Shown here: in pieces, positions 12,926 through 27,142 of the stretch | Numbering within the stretch: the first letter of the stretch is position 1 | How the letters are laid out: each line of letters begins with the position of its first letter | NCBI GenBank assembly: GCA_051294375.1 | Contig: CM119265.1 | Location: 28,681,359 to 28,745,358 of the forward strand | Length of the DNA stretch: 64,000 nt | DNA from: Paraspadella gotoi | Taxonomy: Eukaryota; Animalia; Chaetognatha | Direction: 5' to 3' | Position numbers and translations under genes: made by a program | The notes under the pieces: model-generated | Told to the model about the DNA's origin: nothing | Database searches by the model: none | Seen by the model: the letters and a program-made list of their open reading frames with translations, nothing else

Positions 12926-13170
12926 GCAAAGCAACGTGAAGGTCGAGAACGCCGAGTCGAATTTTTCCATCGTGACTCCTGGCGGCGAATCCGATCGAGC
13001 GGCGCTTTGACGCCGCCGCGACCGCCGCCGATTCCTTCCCAAATTTGGCCGGCGCCGCAATATCTCGTCCCAGCGCCGCAACGTCTTCCCACGGCACGGC
13101 AAACTCGGCTCACGGGACCGCACCTTCTTGTCTCGGCGCGGAAATCTCGGAGCAGCAATCCCAATGCTGC

Positions 13171-13239
13171 ATGTTCCGATCTAAGAGATCAGGGCTTGTC
13201 AAGAGAATTTGGAAGAAGAGGATAGTAGATTCACTTAAG
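13171..13239 (+). CDS. Smad6/7: Inhibitory Smad first coding exon (MFRSKRSGLVKRIWKKRIVDSLK)
   Basis: Matches the diagnostic I-Smad N-terminus (human SMAD6 MFRSKRSGLVRRLW, SMAD7 MFRTKRSALVRRLW). ATG at 13171. The donor falls in the gap here but is visible in the duplicate (AAG|GTGAGA at 26143). Confidence 0.88.
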
Positions 13240-13264
13240 NNNNNNNNNNNNNNNNNNNNNNNNN

Positions 13265-16200
13265 AAGAGAGAGATAAGTGTCTTTCTTATTGTTTCGAAG
13301 GCAAATAATAAACAAAAATAGAGATGCTCTCTCATAGAAAAGTCCACACAAACCAGCGATCACACAAAAAATAAGATTCCGAGAATATCTGACAAGAGAG
13401 TTTTCTTATTGCTCTGAAGACGAACTAAAAACCGCAGGACAACTTTGAGATCTGAAGATGCCAGTGGACAGAATTCGATAAGAATCTTAATGCGAAATCC
13501 ATCGAAATCAGGGCACCAATCAGAATCAGCTGGTACAGTGCCTCGGAATTCTGATAGCTTAGGTATAAACAAAAGAAAGCCTATAAGATGTCGTGTCGAT
13601 CGTAGAACGGTGGCATTTTCGATGTCAGTAATAAAGAGCAAAAGAGCACGGCGAAAAAGTAGAGAAGCTGGATTTCCTCGAATATAAAGATAGTTTTTCT
13701 GTAACAAAAAGTAAATCGACGTCTGAAATGTTTGTTTTGATTGATTAATCGACTGAATGAAATAATTATTGCTTAATTAATTGACTAATTGATTAATTAA
13801 ACCGGATTAATTATTTGAATTATTAATATAGTCTTCATTTACCCTTTAAAATAAAAAGAAAAAGATAGCAATAATCAATTAGTGGAAACAGGTTCTTTCT
13901 TTTTTCCATTTAAACTCATGTTCCACTCAAACGATTCTCGAAACTTGATTTCCAGTTAATTTCAGCATACTGTTCTACCCAAATGACAAAATTTAAAGTC
14001 AATCGCTCCCATCCACTCATGATTAAATGTGGTGTTAAAATAGTGAATTTTTTTTTTTTTTTCAAATTTAAACTCATTTCCAGTCTCGTGACGATTCATC
14101 GAAACTTCATATCCAGCTCGATAACACTATCCCTACTAAGGGCGTAGTAAAATTTCTTAAATTTAACTTTAATTAAAATTCAAAAGTGAGGAACGAACAA
14201 CATTATATTAAGTAAAACATGTTATGTAATAAAAAAATTTTATAATAAATTTTACAATTACGCATAGGCCTATATTTATACTCAGTATAAACAAATAAAT
14301 GTTAAAATTTCAAAACCAGTTTTTCTATAGAATTTGTTGCAATTTGGATTCCATAAAAAGTTGATAAAAGAAATATACTGCTTTTTGAAAAATTCCTTCA
14401 TTAAGTGGGTTAAAAATGAAAAAGCAATAATTTTAGCTGAAGATTAAACTTTTTATATATTAAATATAGTTTTTTTTAATTTTTCAACGCAATTGAACTG
14501 AAAGAATTTTTAAAAATGATTTATATTTTCTCTTATCCACTTTTGAACGAGGAATTCAAATTGTAATAAAAATTAAGAAGCTATTTTGTAAATTTTTCGA
14601 TTTATAAGGATAGTACTAAATATTAAATATAGCCTACTGCAAAGAATTAAAAAACATAAACAATTAATTTTTTTACAATTAATGTTCACTGATGGTATGT
14701 TGTTCATCATTGAGCTTTTAGAAATTTTCGTACTGTAACTTTCACTACGTTATCCCTACACACACACAAAAATTTCATTTCTTATCGCTCTTCCAATCAC
14801 GAGTAATTGGTGTTTTTTTGCTAAGGGTGGGACGGACAGACGGACAGACGACGGATATATATATATACATATTAGTCGTGAACAGGTTTGAAAACCTAGA
14901 AGTTTCTCTCAAATAAAATAATGGTGAAAGTGACTGTTAGAGAATATGAAAATAAAAATAATTTTAAAAAAATATCTTATTATAAGCGCATGAAAGCCTT
15001 TAAAGATGATTTTATTACTATATAAAGTTAAATTTTTTTTTGAATTTTCAATTTTTTTTTATAGACTCTGATAGAGCTTTAAAAGTAGATAAAGGTTATT
15101 ATACAAATTTTATAATTTTTTTGGTTTTATTGATAAATAAAGTTTTTAAAAAAACATAAAATTCAGCCAATATGAGATGATGATGATGATTTTTAACGTT
15201 TTTTTTGTTTTTTAAACTAATTTCTTGTCAAAATTTTAAAAAATTGTTGTACTAACGTTTCAATTTAATTTTTTAGCTCTATTAGAATCCGTTCTTAAAA
15301 TATAATTTGGTTTAAAAAAAATTTTTTATTTGTTATATATTAATAAATATTTAATAAGCTTCAGTGCAACAACCCATGAACTAATTCAAAAAGTTGCATT
15401 GAAAATCGATTTAGTAAGAGAAGGAAAAAAACAAATTTTGAAGAATTAGAAGTTATAAAAAGTGTTAATTTTGGCCCGCTATAGCTATAGAAAGTATAAC
15501 CATAGGTTTATATATACATACATAGTAAAAGTATATCATAGGCTAAAATTTCAAAATGGCAATTTATTTTATTTTTCGAACGTATTTGGATTTATTGAAA
15601 ATAGTGATATAAGAAAGTATAATTCTTTTCTGAAAACTTATATTATTAAGTTGGTCAAAATGGGGTAACAAATTATATTTAAAAATGCAATTTTTTTATT
15701 TACAGCTTAAAAATAATTTTTTTTTTGGGTAATTTTAAACCTACTTAATAACATATTTTTGAATAATTATGTATAATTTCTTTCAACAACTTTTCATGAA
15801 TGAATCTGAATCTGTTTCTTAGAATTAAAAAAGAAGATATTTTGAAAATTTTGACATTATATAGGGGTAGTACTAGTCAGATTCGAAAACGAAAGTTTTA
15901 GTATTTTTACGAAACGATTTTATTTTTCGTTTTAATTATTCGTTTTCGAATCTGCTATCTTATTGAACAAGTCGAAAAAGAGAGAAAAATTACACAAGGG
16001 GTAGTACTGTATATAATAAGCTGACTGGGCTTCAGTAAACGTAAAGAAAACAAATAACTACAGATTAGTATTCCATAATATAAAAGTTTTAAATATACTG
16101 CTAGAATTTTGATTCAAACTTTAACTTCAGCACCCTACTAAATAATATCATCGATTCTTGACTGCTTGTATCAGACGATCTGATTATTGATCGGAATTGA

Positions 16201-16436
16201 TTTGATTGAACTAGAAATGGATTTTATGACCCAATATATGCTGTATAGCGAGCTATTTTCCAATCTCCATTCCTTACCTTGACGCTTTTGCCATCTCGTC
16301 CCAGATGGGGCGCAAGTTCCTGGCAATGAACCTTACCATGGCGCGGTAGAAGCTTGACGAATGGGTGAAAGCCTTGACCGATCGTTGAGTGAAGTTGGCG
16401 AAAGAGAGAGAAGAGAGAGAGAGGGAGAGAGAGAGG

Positions 16437-16490
<54 letters not shown>

Positions 16491-19400
16491 GCGTGTCCGT
16501 CACAGGTTTCCACCCTCGATACGTAAAAGAGAACTACCATTCTCACCTCGTGTCCGTTCGCGAGTGAAACAACAAAAATGAAAATAAATATTTTTTGAAT
16601 TTTTCTTTCCTCATTCTATAGCAAAGTACTTGACGTATTATATTTTAATTTCACGAGATTAATTTGATATTTACTTATGTGAAACAATTTTCTTTAATGG
16701 TCATCAATTTCATTTTCACAGTAAAAAACTTAATATTTTAAAAGAAGAAAATCATTTAAATTTACTACTTCATTAATTAACTAAAATTATTAAAATTCAT
16801 TACACCCTTAAATTAAAGAATTATCTGGGAATCCTAATGATTAAAGTACATTATTTCAAACAGTAAAGAACATGCTCAGGACTAGCAATTTTTTTTTTCA
16901 AATTGACGAATTGTATAAATAAAACTTAAGATTTACAAATTAAAAAAAAATCATTATCAGAAGTTACATAACACTTACGATAATTCAGATATCGCCATTG
17001 ATTAGACATTAATAGGGATTTCTTATGATGTATTTTTTTTTTTTTAAAAATCAAATCAAGAACAACGCCTGAAGATGGTCCTTTTCGCCAATTTTAACTG
17101 TGTTGATAAAAAAAAAAATTAAACATAGAATCAGTAATGAAGTTGTAGCTGAAATGGGTGCGTTGAAAATAGACAAAACTGTTTCACTGATTTTCAATCA
17201 AATGTATATTTTAAATAAAATATGATGAAAACAATTTTACCGATTAAGTAAAAGGTAACGTCTTCTTCATTGTCTTTGGTGAGTATATATTTGTGGAAAC
17301 ACGTTTATGATCCTATTATCAGATCGGATACATTTTGAGAGGCCATATGTGTGGATAAGGCGCTAAGTGGGCAGAAGGATGACTATCCATGAACTTCTAT
17401 AACCCCCTCTACAGACATGGAACGGGTTCTTTGGCCTTGGAACCAGGTTGAAGGGTTTGCCACGTTGACCCCCAAAAGCGGCTTGGGCGTCCTTACTCTT
17501 ACCGCAGGCAGGTACCGGGTTGGGATTGAACCCGGTACCGTATGGTGCATGAGTTACATGGCTTTACTCAATGAGCCACCGGGTCAAACTGAAAGAGTCA
17601 TGCTTTATAGGCGGGGGTGAACCTAGGCAATGCCCGACTACATATGTATTTTTTTCATTTGTAAACCATGTCTGGAATGTTTTACCCTTGGATCCAATAT
17701 TTATCCATTGATCTCGGTCCAGGAAAGTTGTCGTAATAACTTACTTGTGGGACAAAATGTTATTCCGTAATTGTGCAATATCTAGTTCTCTCTTTTTGAA
17801 ATTAAAAAAAAAACACAACGCAGTTGAATTTGTAATTAAAACTATTTTTTCATTTCGCGGATATTTTAATATGTTGTCCGATTTTGGTTCCGCGTACAAA
17901 CGTTGCATTAAGGAAAAAACGACTCTTTCCACTTTGTAAGATTTACTTTACAATGTTGATTAACTTTGTACCAATAACACAAATTAGGCCGAACGAAAGG
18001 ATTGGTTAAAAACATCTACCACCCATTTCTAATGATAAAATGTACAATTTTTTTTTGTTTTTTGGGGGGGGGGCCCCCAAATTTTTAGCCAAAAAAATTA
18101 TGTCCATTTTTGTTCCATTTTTACTTACGACTTCTGATTTGAATGCCAAGGAAAGGTTGAGAAAAAATTTTTTACTTTGGAAATCCGTTCTCTTTCTTAA
18201 TCTTCTTTACTGTGGGTAAATTATAGCTTAAATCATTCTATAGTTTGCCTATAATAATTTTAAGTTAACAAGTCAAAAGTTGGAGTTTCAGTCTTTATCA
18301 TACATTTGTTTAAAACAATAAGATAAATCAATTGGTTGAAATTAACAGAAATGTAGTCCTATGAATCCAGCTTTTAACACTATAAAATTATCAAAAAACT
18401 TTTCTGGTTAAAGCCAACAAATAATTTTTAAAGACGTCCTTTTAATGTGACTTTTTGTGACTTGCATTTTTTTGATAAGAGAATATTTTTCAACTCATTT
18501 ATTAGTTTTAAAAGATGAGGTACATACTGACCTGATAATCAAAAAACCGGCATCCTTTAAATCCACTGGAAAGCATCAGGACTTGTTTTTTCTCAAAATC
18601 GACAGATTTTGCGGAAAAATTTTTCCGCAAATAATCTGTCGGATTTACTAGAATTTGCTAGAGGCAAACCAAATTGAAGAAAAAATCATGCCTACCATTC
18701 ATGTTTTCCTTCTTATAATGCTTTTAAAAGAATTTCTCTTATTTGCTCAATGTAAATGTAGTGAGAGTGAAGACGAAAGGGAAATATAAAAGAGAAGGGG
18801 AGAGAATGAAAGAGAGGGTAAAAGGCAAATGGGGAAAAAATAGTGAAACAATTGTAAGGTAAGAAACGAGGGGAAAATGAAAGAAAAGAGGGGGAAAAAA
18901 GGGAAAGAATGAAAATGAGACAAAATGTGAGGAAGTGCATGAGTGACCCGAAAAGGTAGGGGCCATAAAAAATGGTTAAGTGACAGCGTGAGAAGTAAGG
19001 AGGAAAGAGGAAGAGAAAATATAAAGTAAGAGAGAAAGAGGTGAAGAAAATTATGCAGGGAAAAGCGTATGAAACGAAAAAAAATTGTATAGATAAATGT
19101 GGCGTCTTACCTAAAATGCTTTTGTGTCAGTAAAAACATGAGGATTCTTATAAGGAATCGATCTTTAAAAATCATTGTAGCCATAAAAATTCAGCAGTAC
19201 TTTTCTAAAATTAAGCAGTTTGATGGAGATTAGATTACAAAGCATGAAAGAAAATCATGTTACCGTATTTTTAACTCAATAGAAATTTACATGGGAAGTT
19301 TAAGTGATAAGAAGGGATAACTTTGAGACTAACCGGTTTTTTAAATGAAAGAAAGCTTCGTACTAACCAATGGAACTATAGAAAATATTGGTAATTATTG

Positions 19401-21031
19401 AAGTTCAGAAATTTCGTTGTCCTAAAAGACATCCGATTGTATGCGAAACCTTAATATTAAAAGTTTAAAATTCATTAACCAAAATCCAGTTTTTATTGGC
19501 TAAGAAGTGGTTATTCCAACTAAATTTAGATTCCAAATGGAATTCCAATATCTGATTAAGTGCATCTTTTGTTATTTTTTCGTTTTTTTTTTCATACTAG
19601 AGAGAGCGGCCACGAGACAACTCTTCAATAAAAAGCTCTTCGGAAAAGAAACAAAAGATCAGCAATCAAATAAAATTATAAATTTATTGACTTCATCAAG
19701 GGCGCCTTGCTTCACTTATAAATTGATATTAGACATAGATAAATAATATAAAATTACAATAATTAAAATAAATAATATAGAACTTAACGATTGGCAATCC
19801 CAATTTGTTTTTAAAACTCCCTCGACGATCATCTGCAAAATCTATGTGAAAGCATTTTTTCTGAGTTTTAATTTTGCTTAATTTCAATTATAATTTTATT
19901 TATGAATCAAAAGTCGGTCTACTGACATAAAGTGATATCTTTAAGAATCAAATTCGTCTGTTAATGAATTTTTTTCTCATATTTTTTAAATCACTCTTTT
20001 TTAATTGAAACGTTTCAAGAACGCTCAGAGGGCATCTATGATGACATCAGCATATAAGAAAACAGTTGTTTTTTTGCCCAAAAAATTTTTTTTTTCTGAA
20101 ATAAAAGAGAGACAATTTGACAGTTAGAACGATAAAAGATTAAACAATTTGAAACAATAATGAATTAAAAACATAATGTTTTTGGCCCAAAAGAGAAGGT
20201 ATCTCAGGAAAATTGAGGCCATTTGGATCACTGTGCCTCGTCACAAAAAAACTTTATACTATAAAATAAAGCAGAAAATATCGCCAACAAAAGGACAACA
20301 ACAAACAACAACACAACAACAACAACAACACAGGAACGAACAACAACACAACAACAACAACAACAACGAACAACAACACAACAACCACCAGTTTTTCACC
20401 CAATCTTCAACGATTTTTTCGTCTTCACTTCCTTCGTATTTTATTCGGCATCCCAGCGACGTAGGAGCAACAGTGTATGACTGGCCTCGTCTTTCTCTCT
20501 CTCTCTCTCCATTTCTCTCTCTCTCTCTCTTCTCTCCCTCTCTCTCTCTCTCGTCTCTCTCTGCTCTCTCTCTTTCTCTCTCCTCTCTCTCTTCTCTCTC
20601 CTCTTCTTCACTCCCCGGTCTCTTGGCGTAACAATTCCTTCCGCTTCCTTCTTCCTCCAGCGGGAAAATCCGCTTCATTCTCTCCTCTCCTCCTTCCTGC
20701 CTCCTCCTCCTCTATCTTCTTCTTTCTCCTCCTCCTCGCTCTCTCTTTTTTTTTTTTTTGCATCGGGCTCTCTCTCTCTCTTCTCTCTCTCTGTCTATCA
20801 GTGTTTTGAACCACAGTCTGTAAAACTCGCTTATTTTTATCCGGTTTTCTTTTTTTTTTGCCTACTCTCTCCTCTCTCTCTCTCTCTCTCTCCCTCTCCT
20901 CTTCTCCTCTCTACTCTCTCTCTCTCTCTCTCCTTCTCCGCCAACTCTAGAATTTTTAGGTTGGTTCGAGTTTTTTTTTTTTTTTCAGAACTGCCGTGAT
21001 TATACTCTTCTGTTTTGAGGGAAATGGTACA

Positions 21032-21064
<33 letters not shown>

Positions 21065-21960
21065 CTCTCTCTACTCTCTCTCTCTCTCTCTTCTCGCTTT
21101 CGGTTTTTTTTCACTTGGATCAGAACACAATTAAATGAAATCATCTCTTCTCTAAAAAAGAGAGGAGGAAGGCACCGCCTCTTCGTGCAAGGCATAATCA
21201 ATCCATTTACAAAACAAAACAGACACATGACCTCGGAAAAGAAAAAAAGAAAAGAAAGAAAGAAGTTTGAATTCATTTTTTTTTCCTTTTCGGGTATAAC
21301 TGATCTCGTTCGTTTTTTTTTTTTTGAAGAAACAAACAATTCTTACTTCATTCGACACGATCCTTTCAATTCGTTCATCAAAAAAGAGAAACAAAAAGAA
21401 ACCACACTTCGCTCTTAAGACAAGAAGTATCTTTTATTTAAAACGAACCAAAAAAAACATTAAAGCCAAAAAAGCGAAACAATCCATTGCGTCTTTAAAA
21501 AAGCTCAACTTTTACGGGCGACGTGTGAACATGACATGACATTACATGACATGACCCTCGTGACCCTTTTAAATATCCCTCCATACTTTTCAAGATAAAT
21601 GATGTTTTTTCTCCAAAACTGTGATACATAACGAATAGTCAACCAATCCATCCCCCCTATAAGAGCTTAAGTAGGGGTGGATGACGAAACTATCAGCAGG
21701 GCCCTTCGCTTATCGATCCAGAACGACGATCCACGTGGAACTTACAAAACAAGGATCCAATACACGCGATTCAATTCTACCTAATATAGATATTTATTTT
21801 GTACAAACATATTAAAACTATAAGATTGAACTCTCATAACTCAAAAACACGATATGAAACAGAAAGACGAAAAAAGAAAATTGAAGAAGAAAAAGTTTTG
21901 ACGAAAGAAAAGATATTTTGTTTCACTTCCTGTAGAAGAGAGATAGGGAAGAGAGAGAGA

Positions 21961-22004
<44 letters not shown>

Positions 22005-22112
22005 CAGAGAGAAGTTGAAAAGACCGGATGCATCAAACCGGGACGTTGTTTTTAGCGTAAACGAATTTTGTAACAAATCATAAAAGAAAGAAATCGATTG
22101 GAATCAATAATC

Positions 22113-22175
<63 letters not shown>

Positions 22176-22285
22176 AGGAGGAGAGAGAGAGAGAAAGTTT
22201 GGGCGCAGGAAACTTTAGGAAACGAATTATAATTAAACACGGAAATGTTTTTGTCAGTACGAAGTTCCCGTTTCTTCTTCCTCTC

Positions 22286-22342
<57 letters not shown>

Positions 22343-23288
22343 CTCTCTCTCGCTTTAAGGTAGCCTTCTTGGACGCGGAAAAATATTTCAGCCTCGAAGA
22401 GAGTCGGTCCAAAATCTTTTTAATTTTATCTCCATTCCATTTCAAAATCGTCCACGCGAGGCGGAGTCACCAAAAAAGTAGTGCTCTCTTCACCGAAAAC
22501 GACCGCATTTCTATCTGGTTCTCTTATTATAAATATGAATTTCAACTTTTACTAATACCTTACCTAATCCTCAACCTTAATGCTTAATCCTATACCTAGT
22601 CTTTAACGCCTTAAACGTATAATCAGCTATCACTAAACACCGTCATATCCTTAATCAATAATTCATAATCGCTTAATCCCTAACTCTAATTAATAACCTA
22701 CTGCCTAAAACCTACTCCTTAACCCTAACTTTAACTTAACCATAACCTAACCTTAACCTAACAATAACCTAAACTTAACTCGCATAACCCAATCTTCAGC
22801 TAATCTTAAGCTAATCTTAACACAATCTTAAGCTAATCTTAACCTAATCTTAACCTAATCTAACCTAATCTTAAACCTAATTGAACTATCTTAACCTAAA
22901 GCTTAAACCTACCGTAACGCTAAAGGAAATATTTTAAATTCGTTAATATTAAAAATATAAATTTGTTTTTAAAATTTAAGAAAATCAAACGTAAAATTTA
23001 ATTCATAACCATTACAAGACTAAATTTGATTTGGAGATTTTTAGCCAAAAGTTAATATATTTTCACCTATTGTAGATATAATCCAATATAATATATGAAA
23101 TATCATTATAAATAGTAATCTGATTGACTTTTCGAAGGGATATTAGTAGAGTAATAATTTTTATTTTTCTTATTTAAGGATCAACTTTCCTCAAAATCAC
23201 CGAAATAATTGGACTAAATATCGGTGATATGCAATTTCACGATTTCACTAACAAAATGTTTTATTGATTGAAAACCAGTTTTTCTTCT

Positions 23289-23328
<40 letters not shown>

Positions 23329-23395
23329 ATCTTTCTCCTCTCTCTCTCTTCTCCTCTCTCTCTCTCTCTCCTCCTCTTTCCTCTCTCTTCTTTCT

Positions 23396-23435
<40 letters not shown>

Positions 23436-23665
23436 AGTCACCGTCGTTCAATACTTTTTTTGTTATTCAACTCCGTGAGATTTTTTATGTTTTAGTTTAA
23501 TTTATTATTATTGTTTATTTTTATTTCTCCGTCTCTCTCTCTTACTCTCTCTCCTCTCTCTCTCTCTTCTCTCTCCTCTCTCTCTCTCTCTCCTCCTCCA
23601 CTCGTTTTTCGTCGTTTAGGATTGAAAATTGACGCGTTTTACTTTTCCGCTTTTTTCGAGGGGAG

Positions 23666-23726
<61 letters not shown>

Positions 23727-24670
23727 AGGAGAGAGAGATCAACCCTTCGGCTCTTTTATTTTGTTTTCGTTCTCGAAAGAGGGAGGAGGCAGGAGGAGGA
23801 GGAGGAGGAGAAAGAAAAAAGAAGAGAATTCTTGCATTCATTCAAACAATAAAAGAAAAAGAAAAAAACGAAGTTTGAAACTTTTTGATTATTCGTTTCT
23901 CTTTCCAAGGTTCGTTCCTTGTTCCACACGAATCTCTTAACTTTTCCACCACAACTCTTTTAACTGTTACCGCAAAAACTCTCTTAACTTCCTCACAAAC
24001 TCTCTTAACTTTCCCACCACAAACTCTTTTAACTTCCGCCAAAAACTAATCTTAAGATTTCCAACCCACAAACTCTTGTTAAACTTTTCACGCACAAAAC
24101 TCTTTAACTTTCCATCCACAATCTTTTAACTTTCCACCAGCAACATTCTATTAACTTTCCACCACAAACTTTTTTACTTTCCGCGCAAAAACTCTCTCAA
24201 ACTTCCACACAAACCTTTTAAACTTCCCCAACCACAAACTCTTCTTTTTATTTCAAAATTGTTTAATACTTATCTCTACCGCAGAAACTGTCCATATTAA
24301 TTTTTGTACTCTTCTCTCTCTCCTCTTCTCTCTTCTTCTCTCTCTCTCTTCTCTCTCTCATCTCTCTCTCTCTTATCAAATCACCTCGGCGTCCCCTAAA
24401 GAATTACGCCCAAATTTAATCACAATTACTTCCAATTTTATATAAAAAAGTCTAATTGCTCGCACATCGTTCGAGATTTCTCTTAATTACTTAATAAAGA
24501 TCTGCCACATTTAATCAACCAATCAGAGAGGAAAACCGCCAAGCTCCAATCCTCCAATAAGAGTCGAGGTCATCCGATTCGCTTCATCAATAAAACGTAA
24601 GAAGATTTTCACCCAAAAATGTGCCAACTCTGTCTCTCTGCTCTTCTCTCTCTCTCTCTCTCTCTCTCAT

Positions 24671-24706
<36 letters not shown>

Positions 24707-26142
24707 TCTCTCTCTCTCTCTCTCGCTCATCCCCAGGTTTAGTGCAGGAGTTTTGGTCATTCGGCGAGACGGAATCTTCGCTTTGACGACCAAAAACTTC
24801 GTTCGTGAAGGAAATTGAGAATTGGGTCCACGACGACGATGACGACGACGACGACGACGACGACGACACGACAACACCAATGACAGACATCCAGCTCACC
24901 CCGAAGCAATGACCAAGGATTGAACAAAAAACCAAACACACTGTTGTTTACCGAAAAACTTTATGCTTTCTTTGTAGCGAGAAATACTTACGATTAAATT
25001 TCGGAGAATACAGGGTGGTCTTCAAGAATACAGGGTCGTCGCTCATGAAAGAACTAATTGATCTTGGAAATTAAAAAGTCGCTTGTATCGTTCACTATTG
25101 GGAGAGGGACTTATAGTTATACTTATACTTATCGTTATAACTTATAGTTAATTCTTATACTGTATAGTATGCTTAGACAATCACTGAGGAAAAAAAATGA
25201 TTTTTACGCCGCTGAGCGAGCAATTATATATGATAAATTCGAAAATAGAGAAAATTTATCATATTTCATTTTTATAGACATACTGAGCGTGCCAAGCGCG
25301 AAAGCATGTAGCAAGGTCGATGGAGATCATTTCTAAAACATACCAAAAATAAGAAAAAAGAACTATCTCGTAAAAAAATAAGAAGTTTAAGGCGGATGGT
25401 TGAAGTTTACTTAAATTATTTAGGAATTTTCACAATGTCTGTTATTCTGTTTCGGTCATTAACAGTTTAGTTCTCTTTTAGACTCCATCTTCAAACTTTC
25501 TTTCTTCATCCTTTTGCAGATTTTTCGACGAATCTTTGCGGCGAATAAAACGCGTCCCTTCGCGCGAAATCGGTCGTATCTTCGCGACGACTTCTCACGA
25601 TTAACGAAAAAAGTGAAAAAGTGTGAAATTTTTTTTAAAATTCGACCGAATTACTTCGCTTTTGTGTATTAAGAATTATAAGGATCTTTACTAAAAAAAA
25701 TTCTAACTTTTCGTTTCATTTGATAAATTTATTAATGATAAATAAATAATTCGTTCGAACCAGCGGCGTTGCCACTCACGGCTTCGCCACTCAGCGACGT
25801 TCCACTCACGACGTTGCCGACTCACGGAGGTCGGAAACGCCGAGTCGAATTTTCCATCGTTTTGACTCCTGGCGGCGAAGTCCGATCGTAGCGGCGCTTT
25901 GAACGCCGCCCGCGACCGACGCCGATTCCTTCCCAAATTTGGGCACGCGTGGCGCCGCAATATCTCGTCCCAGCGCGCAACGCTCCTTCCCACGGCACGG
26001 CAAAACTCGCTCACGGGACCGCACCTCTTGTCTTCGGCGCGAAATCTCGGAGCAGCAATCCCAATTGCTGCATGTTCCGATCTAGAGATCAGGGCTTGTC
26101 AAGAGAATTTTGGAAAGAAGAGGATAGTAAGATTCACTTAAG
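13265..26142 (+). repeat. Copy 2 of the 12,897-bp direct duplication
   Basis: Appears identical to copy 1 up to ~24840, then differs by dense 1-bp indels typical of uncorrected long reads. Confidence 0.97.
26072..26142 (+). CDS. Smad6/7: Indel-damaged duplicate of the Smad6/7 first coding exon, contiguous with intron 1
   Basis: Same sequence as 13171-13239 with several 1-bp indels. Phase-0 GT donor at 26143. Confidence 0.75.
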
Positions 26143-26318
26143 GTGAGAGAGAGAGAGAGAGAAAGAAGAGAGAGAGAGAGAAAAGAGAGAGAGAGAGAGA
26201 GGAGATGAGGAGAGAGAGACAGATTAGAGAAGGAAGAGACTGTTTTTTTATTTCTTTTTATTTCGGGTCAGGTTTTAAGGGTGAGTCAACAGCCAAGTCA
26301 AAATGATATAAAAGAGAC

Positions 26319-26461
26319 ATAAACGAGGCTGTGAGAGAGTCTTGATTGAAAGCTTGCAGGGACTTGCTATGTCATTATCTTGTAAGAGTGATGGAGGCCT
26401 AAAACCACCAAAGCCTGTCCAAAGTCAGGGGCGAGATAGCTTATTTATTAGTTGTACCAAT
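26319..26461 (-). repeat. Dispersed repeat family A, minus-strand copy in Smad intron 1
   Basis: Reverse complement of attggtacaa...gactttggacaggctttggtgg...cctccatcactcttacaagataatgacatagc...ccctgcaagctttcaatcaag seen at 63670-63840. Confidence 0.85.
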
Positions 26462-26895
26462 TTCATGCTTACACGTGAGGTAAGGTCTGTCAGTTTTTGA
26501 AAGACGAAAGTTAAGTTGCGTTTAGATAAGAGAGATGAAGTTGTACAGAATATTTTGAATGTGTTCAGGCGGTTGTTTGGCTAAAAAAAATATAAAAAAA
26601 ACATTAACCTTTCATTGTTTGTTAATTGTTTATTTATTTATTTAGGAAAGTTTGATTGTTAATTTTGCCTCATAGGGAGTGTGTGCCCGTTTTGATAATT
26701 GTTTGAACTTTTTTCATTAAGGTTCTTTTAGGGAGCGTTTCAATTTTCAACCGTTTATATCTTTCCTTCAGTAAATTAACCTGTGGATGACAGAAAAAAG
26801 ATGAGTTAGAAATTACTAAAAAAAGTTACGTTGAAAAGAAAATAGGATCAAATATTGAAAGAAATACAAGAAATGTGGGAAAAGAGAGAGAGAGG

Positions 26896-26939
<44 letters not shown>

Positions 26940-27082
26940 GAGAAGAGATAGAGAGAGAGAGACAGAGAGAGAAAGAGGAAGCGAAGCAGACAGAGACGGA
27001 GACAATCTCTCTTCTTCGAAGAGATTCTTTTCTTTTTTCCAGAACCAAGTTCCCGACTTTGCGCTCATCTGGAAAGAAAAGT

Positions 27083-27142
<60 letters not shown>

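Larger units (their letters stand above)
368..13239 (+). repeat. Copy 1 of a 12,897-bp direct tandem duplication
   Basis: Sequence and ORF track recur at a +12897 offset (463->13360, 7279->20176). Bounded by 25-N gaps at 343-367 and 13240-13264. Confidence 0.97.

Noticed and set aside
13265-26142. Recent segmental duplication giving Smad6/7 two promoters
   Set aside because: 25-N junctions, shared noise and a read-error profile favour an assembly artefact.
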